A program made the position numbers and the translations under genes. DNA of 64,000 nt from Candidatus Kaiserbacteria bacterium (GTDB taxonomy: Bacteria > Patescibacteriota > Minisyncoccia > Phycocordibacterales > UBA2100). Numbering within the stretch: position 1 is the first letter of the stretch; the number at the start of each line of letters is the position of its first letter. The DNA lies in NCBI GenBank assembly GCA_016432285.1, contig CP066682.1:794274-858273 (forward strand), in the 5' to 3' direction. This document shows positions 21,528 through 32,344 of the stretch, in pieces. The notes beneath the pieces were generated by a model. That model searched no databases, was not told the DNA's origin, and was given only the letters and a program-made list of their open reading frames with translations.

Positions 21528-22616
21528 TCATCGGTAAATGCGCCTAAAAAGAAGGAAGCTCTCGACCGAGATCGCGATGCCGGCAATCACCTGTGCAAGG
21601 AGGTACCATACCCCGAAGTATTCCACGAAAACGAATACGAGCCCCATGTCCAAAAAGAGGTTGAAAACGGCGACGGAAAGGTGTCGCGGAAGCTGGCGCC
21701 GGATCTTCGAGGCGTCCATGCTCCGAAAGGTCCAGTACTTCTGCGTGGTAAAGCTCACCCCAAATGCGACGATGAATGCAAGACCTGAGGAGAACACGTA
21801 CCAGATACCGATCCGCTCCGTAAAGAAATAGAGCGCCGCGAGGTTCACGACTGTTGCGAGTCCGCCGGAAATGAGGAAGCGCACGACGCGCGCAAAGCTT
21901 GCGCGCCGGCCCGGCCGTATGCCCGCTCGCGCGAGCACGAGGGCGATCAAGATTTCTATGCCGTGGAGCCAGTTGAGTTTTTTGCCGGTCGCTTTCGATC
22001 GAGCGCTGTAACGAATCGGCACTTCGACCACTCGTCCTGTGGATACAAGTTCGAGCGTCAAATCCACCGCGTCGAAGACGAAGTCGTCGTGAGAAGCGGA
22101 TAGAAGCGCGGGAATGTGGCTGCGATGGAAGAGCTTGTAGCAGGTCGCGATGTCGGTGAGGCGCTTCCAGAAGAGCAGATTGAAGACGGCAGTCACGAGA
22201 AGCCCGCCGTAAAAATAGACGGCGTTGTAGGGCACGTTGTTGTCTTTCAAGACGCGCGAACCGAAGACCGAATCGGCGCTTCCTTCGATGATCGGCGCAA
22301 GCAGCGAGGAAAATTCTGACGGATCGTACTCCGAATCCGCATCTTGAATGACGACGTAATCGCCGGTCGCTGCGCGTAGGCCCGTCTTTATCGCTGCGCC
22401 CTTGCCGCCATTTTTCTCGTGTGTGAGCACTCGCGGCGCGGCGGGCTTCGCCTCAAGGCGCGCGAGCGCAGCCTTCGTAGCCACATCGGATCCGTCGTCG
22501 ACAATGATGATCTCCTTGCTCCAGCTGGAAGGTAGTGCGGCGTGTCCGACGCGCTCCACCACCCCTTCGACGGTGGCTGATTCGTTGTAGCACGGGACGA
22601 TGACCGAGAGTTTCAT
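21528..22616 (-). CDS. GT2 (DPM-synthase-like) fused to a GtrA flippase domain
   Basis: VPCYNE, DDGS and QDADSEY, followed by RFLISGG...QKYWTF GtrA domain. Confidence 0.9.
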   Translation of the reverse strand: MKLSVIVPCYNESATVEGVVERVGHAALPSSWSKEIIIVDDGSDVATKAALARLEAKPAAPRVLTHEKNGGKGAAIKTGLRAATGDYVVIQDADSEYDPSEFSSLLAPIIEGSADSVFGSRVLKDNNVPYNAVYFYGGLLVTAVFNLLFWKRLTDIATCYKLFHRSHIPALLSASHDDFVFDAVDLTLELVSTGRVVEVPIRYSARSKATGKKLNWLHGIEILIALVLARAGIRPGRRASFARVVRFLISGGLATVVNLAALYFFTERIGIWYVFSSGLAFIVAFGVSFTTQKYWTFRSMDASKIRRQLPRHLSVAVFNLFLDMGLVFVFVEYFGVWYLLAQVIAGIAISVESFLLFRRIYR

Positions 22617-22617
22617 G

Positions 22618-23673
22618 TTAGAGCGTGATGGAGTACGAAAGCGAGAGCCAGGCGATATTGGCCAAGACGACGAACGCCGTGACTGCAATCTGCACGCGAG
22701 GAGGGAGGGTCCGCAGCCCGAGGCCCGCAAGAAGAAGCGCGGGCGGAGCGATCACGTACAAAAGCCGCGACGATATGTATCCCCAGAGGTAGCCGACGAG
22801 CGGGGGCAGCGCGGCCACCTGTAGGAACCTGCGGCGCCACGTATCGAGCGTCGAGAAGTGTCGAAGCCCGCGCGGCACGAGCAGCCACGCGAGTCCGAGT
22901 ATGGCCGCGGTGCTCTTGATCACGTTCTTGAGGGTAAATTCCATCGCAAATCCGGGCCCTGCATTCTGCCCGTACCACGTGAGGTACGTGAACCCGTAGG
23001 TAACGTACACGTACCACTGCCACGGCGCGTGAATGAGAAGAAAGAGCGCCGAGCCGCCGAGCGCATAGAGTGTTTTCTGTTTCAGAGAAAGCGCCGGATG
23101 GAAAAGCGTGGCGAGTCCCAGGATCGCGCCGCCCACGATACTGTATTCCTTCCATAAGAAACCGACGGCAACGACGAGCGCGTTGAGCAAAAAGAGACCC
23201 GGACGCGGCTCGCGCAGGAAGCGCACGGTGAGCCACAGCGAGAGCACGAAGAAGAACCACGCACCGGTTTCCGTAAGCACGTCGACTCCGTATTTCAAGA
23301 CGGGATAGCTCAAGGCCGACATGAGCGTGAGGAGAAAAGCCAACCGCTCATCCTGGAAGTATTCTCGCGCGAAGAAAAAGGTGGCGAGCGCGAGCGCGAG
23401 GTAGAAGAAGAGCGCCTGTGCGAGCATCGCTTCGTGATAGCCGATCCCCTGCCCTAAGAGCGCCACGAGCGCGGGCGCCAGGGGCTTCAGTATGCGATTA
23501 TGCGCCACCTCGAAACCAGGCTCCCCGGCGAAGGCTTGTGCCGTCGCGAGGTATTCCTGGTAGTCGCTGCTTACGGTGGTCCCAAAAAGCGAGAGCTTGA
23601 GAAATGCGGCGAGCGTGGCAATGAGAAGGATCGCGGCGATCCACGGCAGCAGTGGAGAGAGACGCGCGGGCAT
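22618..23673 (-). CDS. GT-C-like membrane protein
   Basis: Multiple TM helices; SDYQEY and LTET motifs. Confidence 0.65.
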   Translation of the reverse strand: MPARLSPLLPWIAAILLIATLAAFLKLSLFGTTVSSDYQEYLATAQAFAGEPGFEVAHNRILKPLAPALVALLGQGIGYHEAMLAQALFFYLALALATFFFAREYFQDERLAFLLTLMSALSYPVLKYGVDVLTETGAWFFFVLSLWLTVRFLREPRPGLFLLNALVVAVGFLWKEYSIVGGAILGLATLFHPALSLKQKTLYALGGSALFLLIHAPWQWYVYVTYGFTYLTWYGQNAGPGFAMEFTLKNVIKSTAAILGLAWLLVPRGLRHFSTLDTWRRRFLQVAALPPLVGYLWGYISSRLLYVIAPPALLLAGLGLRTLPPRVQIAVTAFVVLANIAWLSLSYSITL

Positions 23674-23733
23674 AGGTACGGATTCTATCCTGCGGGGCGT
23701 GTCATTGGAAGCGATTGGTATATAGTTGGCCGC

Positions 23734-24858
23734 ATGCGTTTACGCTACATCGCCAATGTGCGGCTCCCCACGGAAAAGGCGCACGGTATTCAGATCATGC
23801 AGATGTGCAGCGCATTTGCGAAGGCGGGCGCTGATGTCGAGCTACTCGTACCGACGCGAGCTACGCCAATCGAAACGGATCCGTTTGAATACTACGGGGT
23901 GCCGAAGAATTTCACGATACGCACGATCCAAAATCCGCAGCCGCGGGATCTCTGGCCCCCGCTCCTCGCCAAACTCTCTTATCTGGTGCCGCGCTACACA
24001 TTTGCGTGGAGGGCCTTGAAAGACGCGCGAGCGAATCCCGCGGACGCATACTATGTTCGCGACGAAATAACCTTTCGCGTCTTCGGCAGAGCGGGCATCC
24101 CGAGCGCGTGGGAGATACACGACATGCCGCGCCGCCTCTCTCTCTATAAAAAGGCGCTGTCTCTCTCCCCGCTCGTGGTGGCCATAACGCACGGCCTCAA
24201 ACGGGAGCTCGTGGAAGCGGGCGTTGCGGAAAAAACAATCGCGGTTGAGCCGGACGGCGCTGATACCGAGCGCTTTGCGCGTATTGATTCCGGAGGCGTG
24301 CGCGAGAAGCTCGGGCTTCGCGCAGAAGATGTGCTCATTGCCTACGTAGGCGGTCTCTATCCATGGAAAGGCGTACCGACGCTGATTGCGGCTGCCGAGG
24401 GACTGCCGAAAGAGGCATACGTGTTGATCGTAGGGGGAGGCGCGGAGTTGGAGGCGACTCAAAAAAGCTTCGGCCAAAAAGCGATTCGCGGCGCGGTGCT
24501 CGGGCCCGTATCACCCACAGAGGCGCCGCGATACATCGTCGCCGCCGATGTTTTCGTCATTCCCAATTCCGGTAAAGAGGCGATCTCACGCTCGTACACC
24601 TCGCCGCTGAAGCTCTTCGAGGCGCTCGCCGCCGGACGCGCGATAGTCGCGTCCGATCTTCCCTCCCTCCGGGAGATCCTCGATGAAAAGAGCGCCGTCC
24701 TCGTGCCCCCTGACGACCCTGCGGCTCTGCGGGAAGCGCTCGGACAGTTGGTGCGGGATCCGGAGCGCCGTGCGAAGCTACAGAGCGCCGCGGGCGAAAA
24801 AGCGCACTCCTTCGACTGGAAAGAGCGTGCAAAACGGATTCTGGCGCGGCTCTCGTAA
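23734..24858 (+). CDS. GT4 glycosyltransferase
   Basis: PTEKAHG and SPLKLFEALAAG...ASD motifs. Confidence 0.92.
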   Translation: MRLRYIANVRLPTEKAHGIQIMQMCSAFAKAGADVELLVPTRATPIETDPFEYYGVPKNFTIRTIQNPQPRDLWPPLLAKLSYLVPRYTFAWRALKDARANPADAYYVRDEITFRVFGRAGIPSAWEIHDMPRRLSLYKKALSLSPLVVAITHGLKRELVEAGVAEKTIAVEPDGADTERFARIDSGGVREKLGLRAEDVLIAYVGGLYPWKGVPTLIAAAEGLPKEAYVLIVGGGAELEATQKSFGQKAIRGAVLGPVSPTEAPRYIVAADVFVIPNSGKEAISRSYTSPLKLFEALAAGRAIVASDLPSLREILDEKSAVLVPPDDPAALREALGQLVRDPERRAKLQSAAGEKAHSFDWKERAKRILARLS

Positions 24859-24876
24859 TCGTGCGAAAATCCCGCA

Positions 24877-25890
24877 ATGAAACGGCGGCTCCTGGATTTT
24901 CTGGCGTGTCCCACCTGTGCGAGCGATCTTACGCTGTCGGCTGAGAAGGAGGAAGGAGCTGAAATCATTGAGGGGCTCCTGAGGTGCGCCAAGGGGCACG
25001 CGTGGCGAATTGCGGGTGGCGTGCCGCGCTTTTTGGCACCCGCAGCCGAGCTGTCCGTGCTCCAGCAAAAGACGATCCGCAATTTCGGCGACGAGTGGAA
25101 GACGTGGGACGATTTCGGCTGGAGCGATCGCGGCGCGAGCGATATAACGATCGACATCTTCCGGTACAAAGTGCTCGTGGAGAAGGGCGAGCTCGCGGGT
25201 AAGCTCGTGCTCGACGCCGGATGCGGCAACGGCCGCTACACGAAGGCGGCGCGCGATTTCGGGGGCGAAGTAATCGGCGTCGATCTCTCCGACGCCGTGG
25301 ACGTCGCGTTCCGCAACATGCGGGACGACGACAAGATCCACATCATCCAGGGCGACCTCTTCAAGCTGCCTCTAAAGAAAGGAGTCTTCGACTTCATTTT
25401 TTCCAACGGCGTTCTCATGCACACCGGCGACGCTCGCCGCGCCTTCCTTTCGCTCGTACCGCACCTCAAGATCGACGGCGCGATCACGGTCCACCTCTAT
25501 CACAAAGGAAATCTCGTCTACGAGTTTAACGACTGGTGGATGCGCGCCATCACCACCAGGCTGCCGCTTTCAATGATGTACAAAGCCGCCAACGCGTTCA
25601 CGTGGGTTACCACTCGCCTTCCGAAAACGTTCGTCGATTACGGGCTCAACATATTTTTCCGCGCAGAGCGCCATCCGCACTACGTCTTCGACTGGTACAC
25701 CGCGCCTATCGCGACACACCACACCTATCCCGAAGTGTATGGATGGCTCAAGGAGGCGGGTCTTTACCTCACGCACGATCACAACATCACGAGATACCCA
25801 TGGCGCAGGTTCATACTCCCGTTTCAATTCCTTACGGTGAGAGCGCAAAGACAGAAACCGCTAAAAGATCCCGAGCATACCCTTCGCTGA
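24877..25890 (+). CDS. SAM methyltransferase with N-terminal Trm112-like domain
   Basis: LACPTC...GVPRF, followed by LDAGCGNG. Confidence 0.88.
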   Translation: MKRRLLDFLACPTCASDLTLSAEKEEGAEIIEGLLRCAKGHAWRIAGGVPRFLAPAAELSVLQQKTIRNFGDEWKTWDDFGWSDRGASDITIDIFRYKVLVEKGELAGKLVLDAGCGNGRYTKAARDFGGEVIGVDLSDAVDVAFRNMRDDDKIHIIQGDLFKLPLKKGVFDFIFSNGVLMHTGDARRAFLSLVPHLKIDGAITVHLYHKGNLVYEFNDWWMRAITTRLPLSMMYKAANAFTWVTTRLPKTFVDYGLNIFFRAERHPHYVFDWYTAPIATHHTYPEVYGWLKEAGLYLTHDHNITRYPWRRFILPFQFLTVRAQRQKPLKDPEHTLR

Positions 25891-26754
25891 CTAACAGCTG
25901 ATTTCGCGGCTTTTTGACTCCGCAGACTCCTCTGCTGCCGCGATAAGCTCGACAATTCGGACACCGACTTTGAGCGACGTTGCATCGTTCTCTTTTCTGC
26001 CAACAGCATCCACGAAAACTCGCATCTCCCGCGCAAGCGGGGGCTCCTTGTCGTACGCTGGATACGAAACAACACCAGCTTCAAAGAGTGCGAGTTTCTT
26101 CTCCGCCCGATCGTCGAAGATGAGAGTACCTTCCGTGCCCGTGAACGTGAGCACTCTTCTCGATATCCGCGACTCCCAGCTGACAAAGCTGAAAATGGGT
26201 ATGTTATCGAATAGATACCGTGCAAACGCTGTTCCAAAAAAATCGGATTCCTCCATGGAGGAACCGACCGCGCGCACTCGCACTTTCTTTTCCGGGAACA
26301 GGGCGAGCATCATCGACAGATCGTGGGGAAGCCAATCCCAGAGCACGGATGTGTCGCTTCGTGGACGGTCATTCAGGCCCTCGCAGACAATGGACCGAAG
26401 TTCGCCAAGCCGCGGAATGAGCTCGAGTACCTTCAAAAATGCCGGGTTATGGAGATGGACGTGGCCGACATGGACGAGAGCCCTAGACCGCTCGGCGGCC
26501 ACCAATAGTGCCTTGGCGTCGGCGACCGATGTCGCGAGCGGCTTTTCGATGAATGTCGCAATTCCTTTCTTTACAAGCGGCAAGGCGACGGCCGAGTGCG
26601 AGGCGGCTGGAGTGGCGACGATTGCTGCGTCGACATCTTCCGGAACCTCCCCTCCCCGCGCCACGATAACAAGCGAGACGTCGTCAAAACGAGCGAGCGT
26701 ATTTTCAATATTCTTACCCCAACGCCCGTGCCCGATGAGCGCCAGTTTGACCAT
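25891..26754 (-). CDS. Gfo/Idh/MocA-family oxidoreductase
   Basis: GHGRWG, IEKPL, WDWLPHD. Confidence 0.88.
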   Translation of the reverse strand: MVKLALIGHGRWGKNIENTLARFDDVSLVIVARGGEVPEDVDAAIVATPAASHSAVALPLVKKGIATFIEKPLATSVADAKALLVAAERSRALVHVGHVHLHNPAFLKVLELIPRLGELRSIVCEGLNDRPRSDTSVLWDWLPHDLSMMLALFPEKKVRVRAVGSSMEESDFFGTAFARYLFDNIPIFSFVSWESRISRRVLTFTGTEGTLIFDDRAEKKLALFEAGVVSYPAYDKEPPLAREMRVFVDAVGRKENDATSLKVGVRIVELIAAAEESAESKSREISC

Positions 26755-26759
26755 GCGTA

Positions 26760-27827
26760 TTAATCGATGTAACCCGGCTCCTTGCGCGCCCATGCAACGA
26801 ATCGATCGAGTCCACTTTTCAGATCCACCTGGTATGCGTAGCTAAGATCAGTCACCGCTTTCGTAAGGTCCGGACATCGACGCAGCGGCTCGCCGGCAGG
26901 GTAGGTGTCAGGATACGGGATCATCTTCATGGAGGCGCCTGGCACGATCTCGGTAAAGAGTTTCGCGAGGTCGTGCATCGCAATCTCGTTGGAGGAGTTG
27001 CCGATATTATACGCTTCGCCATTCTTGCCCTTGAGAAGCACCTGTAGAAAGCCCGTCATCGCGTCGGTAATGTAGCAGAACGTCCTCGTTTGCGCACCGT
27101 CGCCGTGAACCGAGATCGGTTTTTTGTTGAGCGCTTGGTATGTGAACATCGGGATCACACGGTGGTCGAGATGCCCCATGCCAGGGCCGAACACATTGAA
27201 AGGGCGAACTATCCTGGTCGGCATATCGAACTGCTCTTCGTAAATCGTCGCGATGGTTTCCCCGAGCCGCTTGGATTCGTCGTAGCAAGCACGGGGCCCG
27301 ACGGAGGAGACGTATCCATGGTACGTCTCCGGCGTCGGAATCGCTTTCGGATCCGGATCTCCGTAGATCTCGCTCGAGCTGAAGAAAAGGAAACCTTCGA
27401 GGCCCTTATTCTTTTTGCCGAGCTCCAAAAGATTTTTGACGCCTGAGATCGCGCTCTCTATCGTCTCAAGCGGATACTTTTTGTAGTAGACGGGCGACGC
27501 GAGACCAGCTGCATGTACTATAAAGTGTATGTCTTCGCGCACTGGCAGTGGCTGCGAGACGTCACCCCATACATTGAGGATGTCTTCACGGTGGCTGTAA
27601 TCAAAATGCGGGTGTTGCGTGCCGGTGATGAAGTTATCAACAGAGATGACGCGGCATGGTGTTTTGAGAACGTGATCGTTGAGATACGCAAGCACGCCGA
27701 CGAGGTATTTGCCCAAAAAGCCGGCACCGCCGCTGATGAGAATCGTTTTTCCCGCGAAACGCTCCACGTCCTTACCGAGAGCTTTCGCGATCGAGGCGAT
27801 ATCTTCTTTGACTATTTTCTCCGACAT
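26760..27827 (-). CDS. NAD-dependent epimerase/UDP-glucuronate decarboxylase-like SDR
   Basis: GGAGFLG, SSSEIYGDP, RACYDESKR, QTRTFCY. Confidence 0.9.
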   Translation of the reverse strand: MSEKIVKEDIASIAKALGKDVERFAGKTILISGGAGFLGKYLVGVLAYLNDHVLKTPCRVISVDNFITGTQHPHFDYSHREDILNVWGDVSQPLPVREDIHFIVHAAGLASPVYYKKYPLETIESAISGVKNLLELGKKNKGLEGFLFFSSSEIYGDPDPKAIPTPETYHGYVSSVGPRACYDESKRLGETIATIYEEQFDMPTRIVRPFNVFGPGMGHLDHRVIPMFTYQALNKKPISVHGDGAQTRTFCYITDAMTGFLQVLLKGKNGEAYNIGNSSNEIAMHDLAKLFTEIVPGASMKMIPYPDTYPAGEPLRRCPDLTKAVTDLSYAYQVDLKSGLDRFVAWARKEPGYID

Positions 27828-27869
27828 GCGCGACAGTATCGCACACATGTACAGGCTCCTACAAGGCGC

Positions 27870-29042
27870 TTACACCACCTCACGCGGCGGAATCGGGAAA
27901 AGGTACGTGTAGCCGCCACCGGTCTTTTTCTTGATGTCATCGAAATATTCATGAGCGAAAACGACGAGTACGTCAGGCTTATGCACATCAAGGTGCGAGG
28001 CCGGTACGATCGGGATATGCAACCCCGGGCTGAAACGGCCTTGTTTGAGAGGACTATCGTCCACGATGAATGCGACGAGTTCAGGCCCGATCTTCCCGAA
28101 ATTCGTGATCGTTGCCACGCGCGCAGGGGAACCGTAGCCCGCCACCCTCTTCCCCTCCCGCTTGTAAGTGACGAGCGCGTCTCGGAATGCGGTCGTGGAA
28201 TCAGCAACCGTACGCCCGAACGTGGCCAAGCGGTCAGCGGAAAGTGTCGCCATTTCTTCCGAGAGAAGTGCTGTAACGCGGGGCGAAGTGCTACCGCTTC
28301 CCTTCTTTACCGTGACGCGAAGAGACCCGCCGTGCGGCTCAATGTGTTCCACGTCCGCAAGGTACATACCGTGCGATCGAAAAAGGCTGTCGAGCGAGCT
28401 GAGGGAATAGTAAAAGATGCGGTCGAGGTAAAAGCGCTCAAACTGGACATTTTTGATGATATTTCCGATATATTCGACTTCGATGATGAAGGAGCCATCG
28501 TCTGTCATCACGTTTTTCACGTCTTTAATAAACGTGTGGGGATCTTCGAGGTGCGTGAAGATGGAACTCGCAACCACGACATCCGGTTTGCCGTGCTTTT
28601 CGACGATCTGCCTCACGGCGTCGGCATTAAAGAATGAAGTGAGTGTTTCGAGACCCTGATCGTTCGCAATTTTTGAGACATTGATTGAGGGCTCTACGCC
28701 GAGCGTTTTCACGCTACGTTCTTTGAGAGGCTTCAGTAAGATGCCATCATTGGATCCAATATCAACCACAAACCGCGCATCCTTGAGGTTCTCCGCAAGA
28801 GCCTCAAAGTGCCGCACGAGCCCTGGATTTACGGACGAAAGGTAGTAGTAATCTTCAAACATTCGCTCGCGCGAGATAATGGTGCCGAGCTGCACGTTCT
28901 TACATGCAGGGCAAAAGAAAACCTTCAGCGGAAAAAAATCTTCCGAGTGGAACTGATCTGCTGTCGGATACTTATTTGCGAGCGGTTGCGACCCAAGATC
29001 GAGAAATTCGATCATTCCGGTGCCGCAGAGAGCGCATTGCAT
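27870..29042 (-). CDS. NDP-sugar C-methyltransferase
   Basis: CxxC...CxxC Zn domain, DIGSNDG, HGGSLR, DDSPLKQG. Confidence 0.9.
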   Translation of the reverse strand: MQCALCGTGMIEFLDLGSQPLANKYPTADQFHSEDFFPLKVFFCPACKNVQLGTIISRERMFEDYYYLSSVNPGLVRHFEALAENLKDARFVVDIGSNDGILLKPLKERSVKTLGVEPSINVSKIANDQGLETLTSFFNADAVRQIVEKHGKPDVVVASSIFTHLEDPHTFIKDVKNVMTDDGSFIIEVEYIGNIIKNVQFERFYLDRIFYYSLSSLDSLFRSHGMYLADVEHIEPHGGSLRVTVKKGSGSTSPRVTALLSEEMATLSADRLATFGRTVADSTTAFRDALVTYKREGKRVAGYGSPARVATITNFGKIGPELVAFIVDDSPLKQGRFSPGLHIPIVPASHLDVHKPDVLVVFAHEYFDDIKKKTGGGYTYLFPIPPREVV

Positions 29043-29050
29043 ACCACATC

Positions 29051-30244
29051 CTATCGTATTCCGTCTTCCATGAAAGAACGTTTGATTGGCAGGTGGTTGT
29101 GCTTTGGTTCAAAGCCACGCAGGCGACCCTCGCGCACCCGCGCGATGATGTCTTTGGCGATACGCTGGGAAGCTTTGCCATCCCCTAGTGTGTGTTTCCA
29201 CTTTGTTCCCACGATCTTCTCAAATTTTCGCAGTACGCGCCGCGGCGTGTATTTCTTGGGCTGGTCGGGGTCAAATTTCACGCTTGAGCGGACGTCGTAG
29301 ATCTGCGGTCGCTCGGTTGCCTTCCGGATGTTGATAGAGGGCACGTTGAGAATACAAGCCTCTTCGCTCAGAGTGCCCGAATCAGTAAGTACACCCCGCG
29401 CGTGCGTCAAGAGAATGAGAATTTCTTCGTAGCCGATGGGGTCCACAATGAGGACATTTCCTGGAACCTTCATGCAGTACTCTTTCATCATTTTCTGCGT
29501 GCGGTAGCTTGCGGGAAAGTAGACTGTGTAAGGCATTGCCGCGACAAGCCGCAAAATGGTCTCAAACGATTTTCGTATGTGTACGTTTTCGCGTCGGTGG
29601 CATGTCATGAGCATGTACTTTCTATCCTCGATATTTCTTTTTTTGAAGAATTCCTTCGTCGCTTTCTTCTCCAGACTTTCTTTCTGCTTGAAATAAAACT
29701 CGTTGAGAATATCCACGACGGGATTACGAACGACGACAATATTACGGGGGTTGAGGCCCTCAGCAATGCCACGCTTCTTATACTCGTCTTCGTATGTATA
29801 GATGACATCGGAAATGTGATCAATGATGGTCCTGATCTTCTCTTCAGGCATTCTCCAATCGTATGAGTGCCAGCATCCTTCTATGTGCAGAATCGGAATA
29901 TTAAGCTGTGCCGCCGCAAGCGCTCCCATCGCAGTATTGGTATCCCCAAGGAATACTGTCGCGTCGGGCTTCAGCTTCTCGAAAACAGGATAGAGCTGCG
30001 CGACAAGCTTGGAGACAACCTCGGCATCGGTGGATCCGCGACAATCGAGCTCTATGTCTGGTTTGCTCACCCTGAACTCGCGAAAGAAGATTCCCTTCAG
30101 ATTGTCTGAGTAATTCTGCCCGGACCAAATGAGCACAACATCTATGTCCCTTGCTTGCCGAAGTTGCCGCATGATCAAAACCGCTCGGATGAGATCGGGC
30201 CGAATACCGAGTACAAACGCTATTTTCTTCTTTTTCTTTTTCAT
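29051..30244 (-). CDS. UDP-N-acetylhexosamine 2-epimerase (WecB/FnlC family)
   Basis: GIRPD, GDTN, MPEE, HRREN, TDSG, TERP. Confidence 0.92.
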   Translation of the reverse strand: MKKKKKKIAFVLGIRPDLIRAVLIMRQLRQARDIDVVLIWSGQNYSDNLKGIFFREFRVSKPDIELDCRGSTDAEVVSKLVAQLYPVFEKLKPDATVFLGDTNTAMGALAAAQLNIPILHIEGCWHSYDWRMPEEKIRTIIDHISDVIYTYEDEYKKRGIAEGLNPRNIVVVRNPVVDILNEFYFKQKESLEKKATKEFFKKRNIEDRKYMLMTCHRRENVHIRKSFETILRLVAAMPYTVYFPASYRTQKMMKEYCMKVPGNVLIVDPIGYEEILILLTHARGVLTDSGTLSEEACILNVPSINIRKATERPQIYDVRSSVKFDPDQPKKYTPRRVLRKFEKIVGTKWKHTLGDGKASQRIAKDIIARVREGRLRGFEPKHNHLPIKRSFMEDGIR

Positions 30245-30245
30245 A

Positions 30246-31502
30246 TCACCGAGTGAAGCGAACGTGTGGGAGTGGGACGATAAAACGACCCCCGCGAGAA
30301 ACGAACTTCTTGTGCTTCTGGACGATTTCTCTGGAAAACGCCCAGGCGAAGAGTACTACATAATCAGGCGCTTTTCTCCCATAGAGTGAATTCGCCGAGA
30401 CGACCGGAAGGTGGACACCCGGCATGCGTGTGCCTTGCTTTAGCGGTGAATCATCAACGCAGTAATCCAGGAACCTCCCGAGCCCGCAATAATTCGAAAT
30501 GATCGTCGCTCTTCCGGATGCTCCATACCCAGCGATCCGTTTACCGTTTTTTTTCAGCTTTTCAAGAAGTTCAATGAGATCCTCCCTTGATTTTCTGATG
30601 CGCTGATCGAGCTTTTCGTAGGCACTCACCAAGCCATAGTTCTCATGCCTTTCTTTTTTGCGCAGTGACCGAAGCCGTGCTGTTTCAAGGCGTTTTCCGG
30701 CTCGATTCTTCTGCGCATAAAAACGCACGGAACCAGCGTGTATCGGTATGAGCTCAGCGTCGAAGAGCTCCAGGCCGTGCCTCCTAAGAAGACGGCTGAC
30801 TGAAAGCGCCGAGTAGTAGTACTGGTGTTCATGATAGACCATATCGTACTGCGTTTCTTTGAGAAGGCTTCCAAGGTAGTGCACTTCGAAAATGAGCTGT
30901 CCATCGTCTTTGAGAAGTGCGGCAATGCCAGCGAATACGTCGTTGATATCTTCGACGTGCGCAAGCGTGTTGGAGCTGAAAATGACGTCGGCCTTACCCT
31001 CCTCTTTTGCGATACTCCTCGCAAGTTTCTCAGTAAAATACGTGTTCAAGATCGGCATTCCCTTTTTGATCAGAGGCTGAACCAGATTTCTTGCAGGATC
31101 AACGCCGAGAGCACGAAATCCACGCGCTCGAAGCGCCTTGATGAACGAGCCGTCATTGCAACCGATTTCCACGACGAAACGTTTTTTTGGCTCGCCGAAT
31201 TTCTTCGCAAGTCTCGCGGCGATACCCTCAAAATGCCGCACAAGCGTCGCGATGACAGATGAGCGATAATAGTAGTACTTAAAAAGTGTATCTGGACGAA
31301 TCGAAATGTTGACCTGCACAAGAGCGCATTTCTTGCAGAAGACGAGTTGGAGCGGATACCTTTTCTCACCCCGGATTTTTTTTACGGAGCGTGGGATAAA
31401 GCCGCCGGCGAGCGGCATACGGCCGAGATCGGCGACGTGCTTGATTTCACGACTGCCACAGGAGCGACAGGAATTGAAATAAGTATATTCTTTTCCGCTC
31501 AT
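30246..31502 (-). CDS. NDP-sugar C-methyltransferase (second paralog)
   Basis: CRSC...CKKC, EIGCNDG, YHEH, GYGASG, DDSPLKQG. Confidence 0.9.
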   Translation of the reverse strand: MSGKEYTYFNSCRSCGSREIKHVADLGRMPLAGGFIPRSVKKIRGEKRYPLQLVFCKKCALVQVNISIRPDTLFKYYYYRSSVIATLVRHFEGIAARLAKKFGEPKKRFVVEIGCNDGSFIKALRARGFRALGVDPARNLVQPLIKKGMPILNTYFTEKLARSIAKEEGKADVIFSSNTLAHVEDINDVFAGIAALLKDDGQLIFEVHYLGSLLKETQYDMVYHEHQYYYSALSVSRLLRRHGLELFDAELIPIHAGSVRFYAQKNRAGKRLETARLRSLRKKERHENYGLVSAYEKLDQRIRKSREDLIELLEKLKKNGKRIAGYGASGRATIISNYCGLGRFLDYCVDDSPLKQGTRMPGVHLPVVSANSLYGRKAPDYVVLFAWAFSREIVQKHKKFVSRGGRFIVPLPHVRFTR

Positions 31503-32344
31503 ACGCGAGTCCGCAGATATTTCGCATCAAAACGAATTACTTCTCGAAGCGCCCTTTCGAGACTATGCGTATAATGATGCATCTGAAGCGTCTTGCCATA
31601 GCGCGACTTCAGTGTTCGAGTAAGTATGGGCCCTTTCACTTTCCTCACATGGATTCCACCAGTCATACCGGCAAAGACTCGGAGTATATCGTATTTCGAT
31701 ACAGGGCCGAGCGGCGCGAAGTGAACGACACCGAGCGTACGTGTCTTTTCGAAATTTTCTCTTTTCATCATCCATTCGACGAATGCTGCCAACTGTAACG
31801 TCGTACACCCAGTCCACAGATGATTGATGTACCCTGGAACGTCTCTCCCGTCTCTACGCAAACACAGCTCCAGAAGCCCCTTGTGCTCCTTCGGATCAAG
31901 ACCGACTATCGAGGTGCGTATCGTTACTCCCTTCTCTCCAATCTCGCCGCGAAGCTTAGACCTTCCATACAGATCAGAGGGAGACGGTCGAGTAGTTTCG
32001 TCGGCCCGTACGGTAGGTGCGAATACCGCGTCGGTCGAAATGTGTATCACCTTGGAACCGATCTTTTCGCCCATCTTAGCGAGCACACGGGGAAATTCGG
32101 CGTTCATACGTGTGAGATCGTTCCTCGTGCCACCGCGAAGTACACCGATGCAATTCACGACGAAATCGAACTGCTGCGTCCGCAGTAACTTCGCAACCGA
32201 GTGTTTCTTCGCGTCGAAGAAGGCGAGGCCCTTTCTCTTTTGCCTTGCAGTACCGACCACTCCTTTGCCGTAGGATCTCTTCAAGCGCGCAAAAACGACA
32301 CGCCCGAGCATACCCGTAGCTCCCAAAACGAGAACCCGCCTCAT
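31499..32344 (-). CDS. RmlD-family sugar-nucleotide 4-reductase
   Basis: GATGMLG, HISTD, YGRSK, RTSIVG. Confidence 0.88.
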   Translation of the reverse strand: MRRVLVLGATGMLGRVVFARLKRSYGKGVVGTARQKRKGLAFFDAKKHSVAKLLRTQQFDFVVNCIGVLRGGTRNDLTRMNAEFPRVLAKMGEKIGSKVIHISTDAVFAPTVRADETTRPSPSDLYGRSKLRGEIGEKGVTIRTSIVGLDPKEHKGLLELCLRRDGRDVPGYINHLWTGCTTLQLAAFVEWMMKRENFEKTRTLGVVHFAPLGPVSKYDILRVFAGMTGGIHVRKVKGPILTRTLKSRYGKTLQMHHYTHSLERALREVIRFDAKYLRTRV